From a bacterium (lineage in GTDB: Bacteria; Acidobacteriota; Blastocatellia; HR10), in the NCBI GenBank assembly GCA_041640655.1, contig JBEPZV010000002.1:1-64000 (forward strand): DNA of 64,000 nucleotides, written 5' to 3'. Below the pieces are notes generated by a model, which worked only from the letters and a program-made list of their open reading frames with translations, did not search any database and was not told the origin of the DNA. Both the position numbers and the translations under genes were made by a program. Shown piece after piece: positions 60,613 through 64,000 of this stretch (within the stretch, counting starts at the first letter, position 1; every line of letters begins with the position of its first letter).

Positions 60613-60847
60613 GCCTTTTTTCGCGCGCTCGCGCGAGGGGTCGGTCGCGCGCCACATGGACCGAAAGAGCCGACGACCGGCATGGCCCTGGCGGGAATCG
60701 AGCACGTGACGACATGCGGTGGCGAGCAGGGAGGAATCGCCGCCCTGGTTTGGGAGCTGCTCACGGGGAGACGCGTCGAGTTCGACGATGGCCGTGCCAC
60801 AGGTTCGGGACGCTCCCCCCTGCGAGGTGACGCGCGGCCTTCGCCGC

Positions 60848-61513
60848 CTATGGCGCGTGGGCGTAGGCCGTGGGGTCGAGGAGACCGGCTTGCGCGAAGG
60901 CCTGCTGGCGCTCGGCGCATTTACTGCACCGACCGCAGTGGTGGTGACCGATGGGAGAGATGCAGGAGAAGGTCAAGTCCAGTGGGAGATGACGACCTCG
61001 CCGGATGATCTCATATTTCGAGAGCCCCCGATAGGGGGCCAGGATCGCGATCGGATGAGCCAGGCCTTGGCTCACCGTCTGCGCCATGAGAGCGAGAAAT
61101 GAAGGCGTCGCATCGGGAAAGGGATTCCCCTCGAGCAGTCCGATGGCGATGGTCGAGATGCCGCGCAGAGCGCAGAAGACGGCCGCCTTCGCCAAGAGGA
61201 TGAGATTGCGCCCCGGGAGATAGACCGAATCCCAGGCCGCCTCTCGCTCGGGGACACCATCTCCGGTCACGCTCCAATGTCTCCCGTAGATGTCCTCCAT
61301 CGGAAGCGTCATGATGGTGAGCGGCTCAAGTCGCGCATCGCGCAGACGATTGAGGAACTGCCGCAACCAATGGAGCTCGACTTCCTCCCATTGAAGCCCG
61401 CTCCGAACATAGACCGGGAAGACGCGCGCGTACCGCGGCAGCAGCTCGGCGACAAGGACCGCGCTATCCAGTCCCCCGCTGGTGAGGACGCACACAGCTG
61501 CGGATTCGCTCAT
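60848..61513 (-). CDS. queC: 7-cyano-7-deazaguanine synthase
   Basis: SGGLDS, YLPGRN, FPDAT, TFSC...HCGRCSKCAER zinc motif. Confidence 0.88.
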   Translation of the reverse strand: MSESAAVCVLTSGGLDSAVLVAELLPRYARVFPVYVRSGLQWEEVELHWLRQFLNRLRDARLEPLTIMTLPMEDIYGRHWSVTGDGVPEREAAWDSVYLPGRNLILLAKAAVFCALRGISTIAIGLLEGNPFPDATPSFLALMAQTVSQGLAHPIAILAPYRGLSKYEIIRRGRHLPLDLTFSCISPIGHHHCGRCSKCAERQQAFAQAGLLDPTAYAHAP

Positions 61514-61599
61514 GGAAGACCTCCCACCCCAATCGTTCGATGGCGGAGACGAACATCCCCTGCCTGAATCTCTCCGCACACTGTGGATCCCCGAGCGCT

Positions 61600-64000
<2,401 letters not shown>

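Noticed and set aside
61514..61599. preQ1 riboswitch upstream of queC
   Set aside because: No preQ1-I stem or A-rich tail visible

Overview
GC-rich bacterial chromosomal window, probably a thermophilic Acidobacteriota-like organism (inferred from the Oar-type TonB-dependent receptor and general gene style; not provable from sequence alone). The left part (3.2-22.4 kb, all minus strand) is an anaerobic-metabolism island with two sigma-54 operons in tandem. The first encodes a hemerythrin/AlgE-porin fusion, a Tat-exported Nitrospira/anammox-type NXR/NAR-like molybdoenzyme (alpha, beta, chaperone, heme-b gamma), two membrane-anchored CuA cupredoxins, a ferritin-like protein and a NapH-like polyferredoxin. 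A sensor-less sigma-54 activator follows. The second operon encodes a class I benzoyl-CoA-reductase-like bcrCBAD set with a BadH-like SDR, an amidohydrolase and a GNAT. The middle and right parts are mostly housekeeping: TBDR, form II coxSLM, khpA, moaDE, mpg, smc, bioY, pepA, smpB, gpsA, plsY, selD with an in-frame UGA and SECIS-like hairpin, a degenerate PGK-USP fusion, rpsT, eno, rtcA, queC and 5'-truncated gyrB. An accessory cassette at 57.0-60.6 kb holds a Cys-rich putative lipoprotein split by an apparent 4-nt duplication, a LolA-like protein, an ABC transporter and a beta-barrel pseudogene. It sits behind a consensus sigma-70 promoter whose spacer is a (GACA)n microsatellite exactly one repeat too long, a candidate phase-variable switch. 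No rRNA, tRNA, CRISPR array or transposase was recognised.
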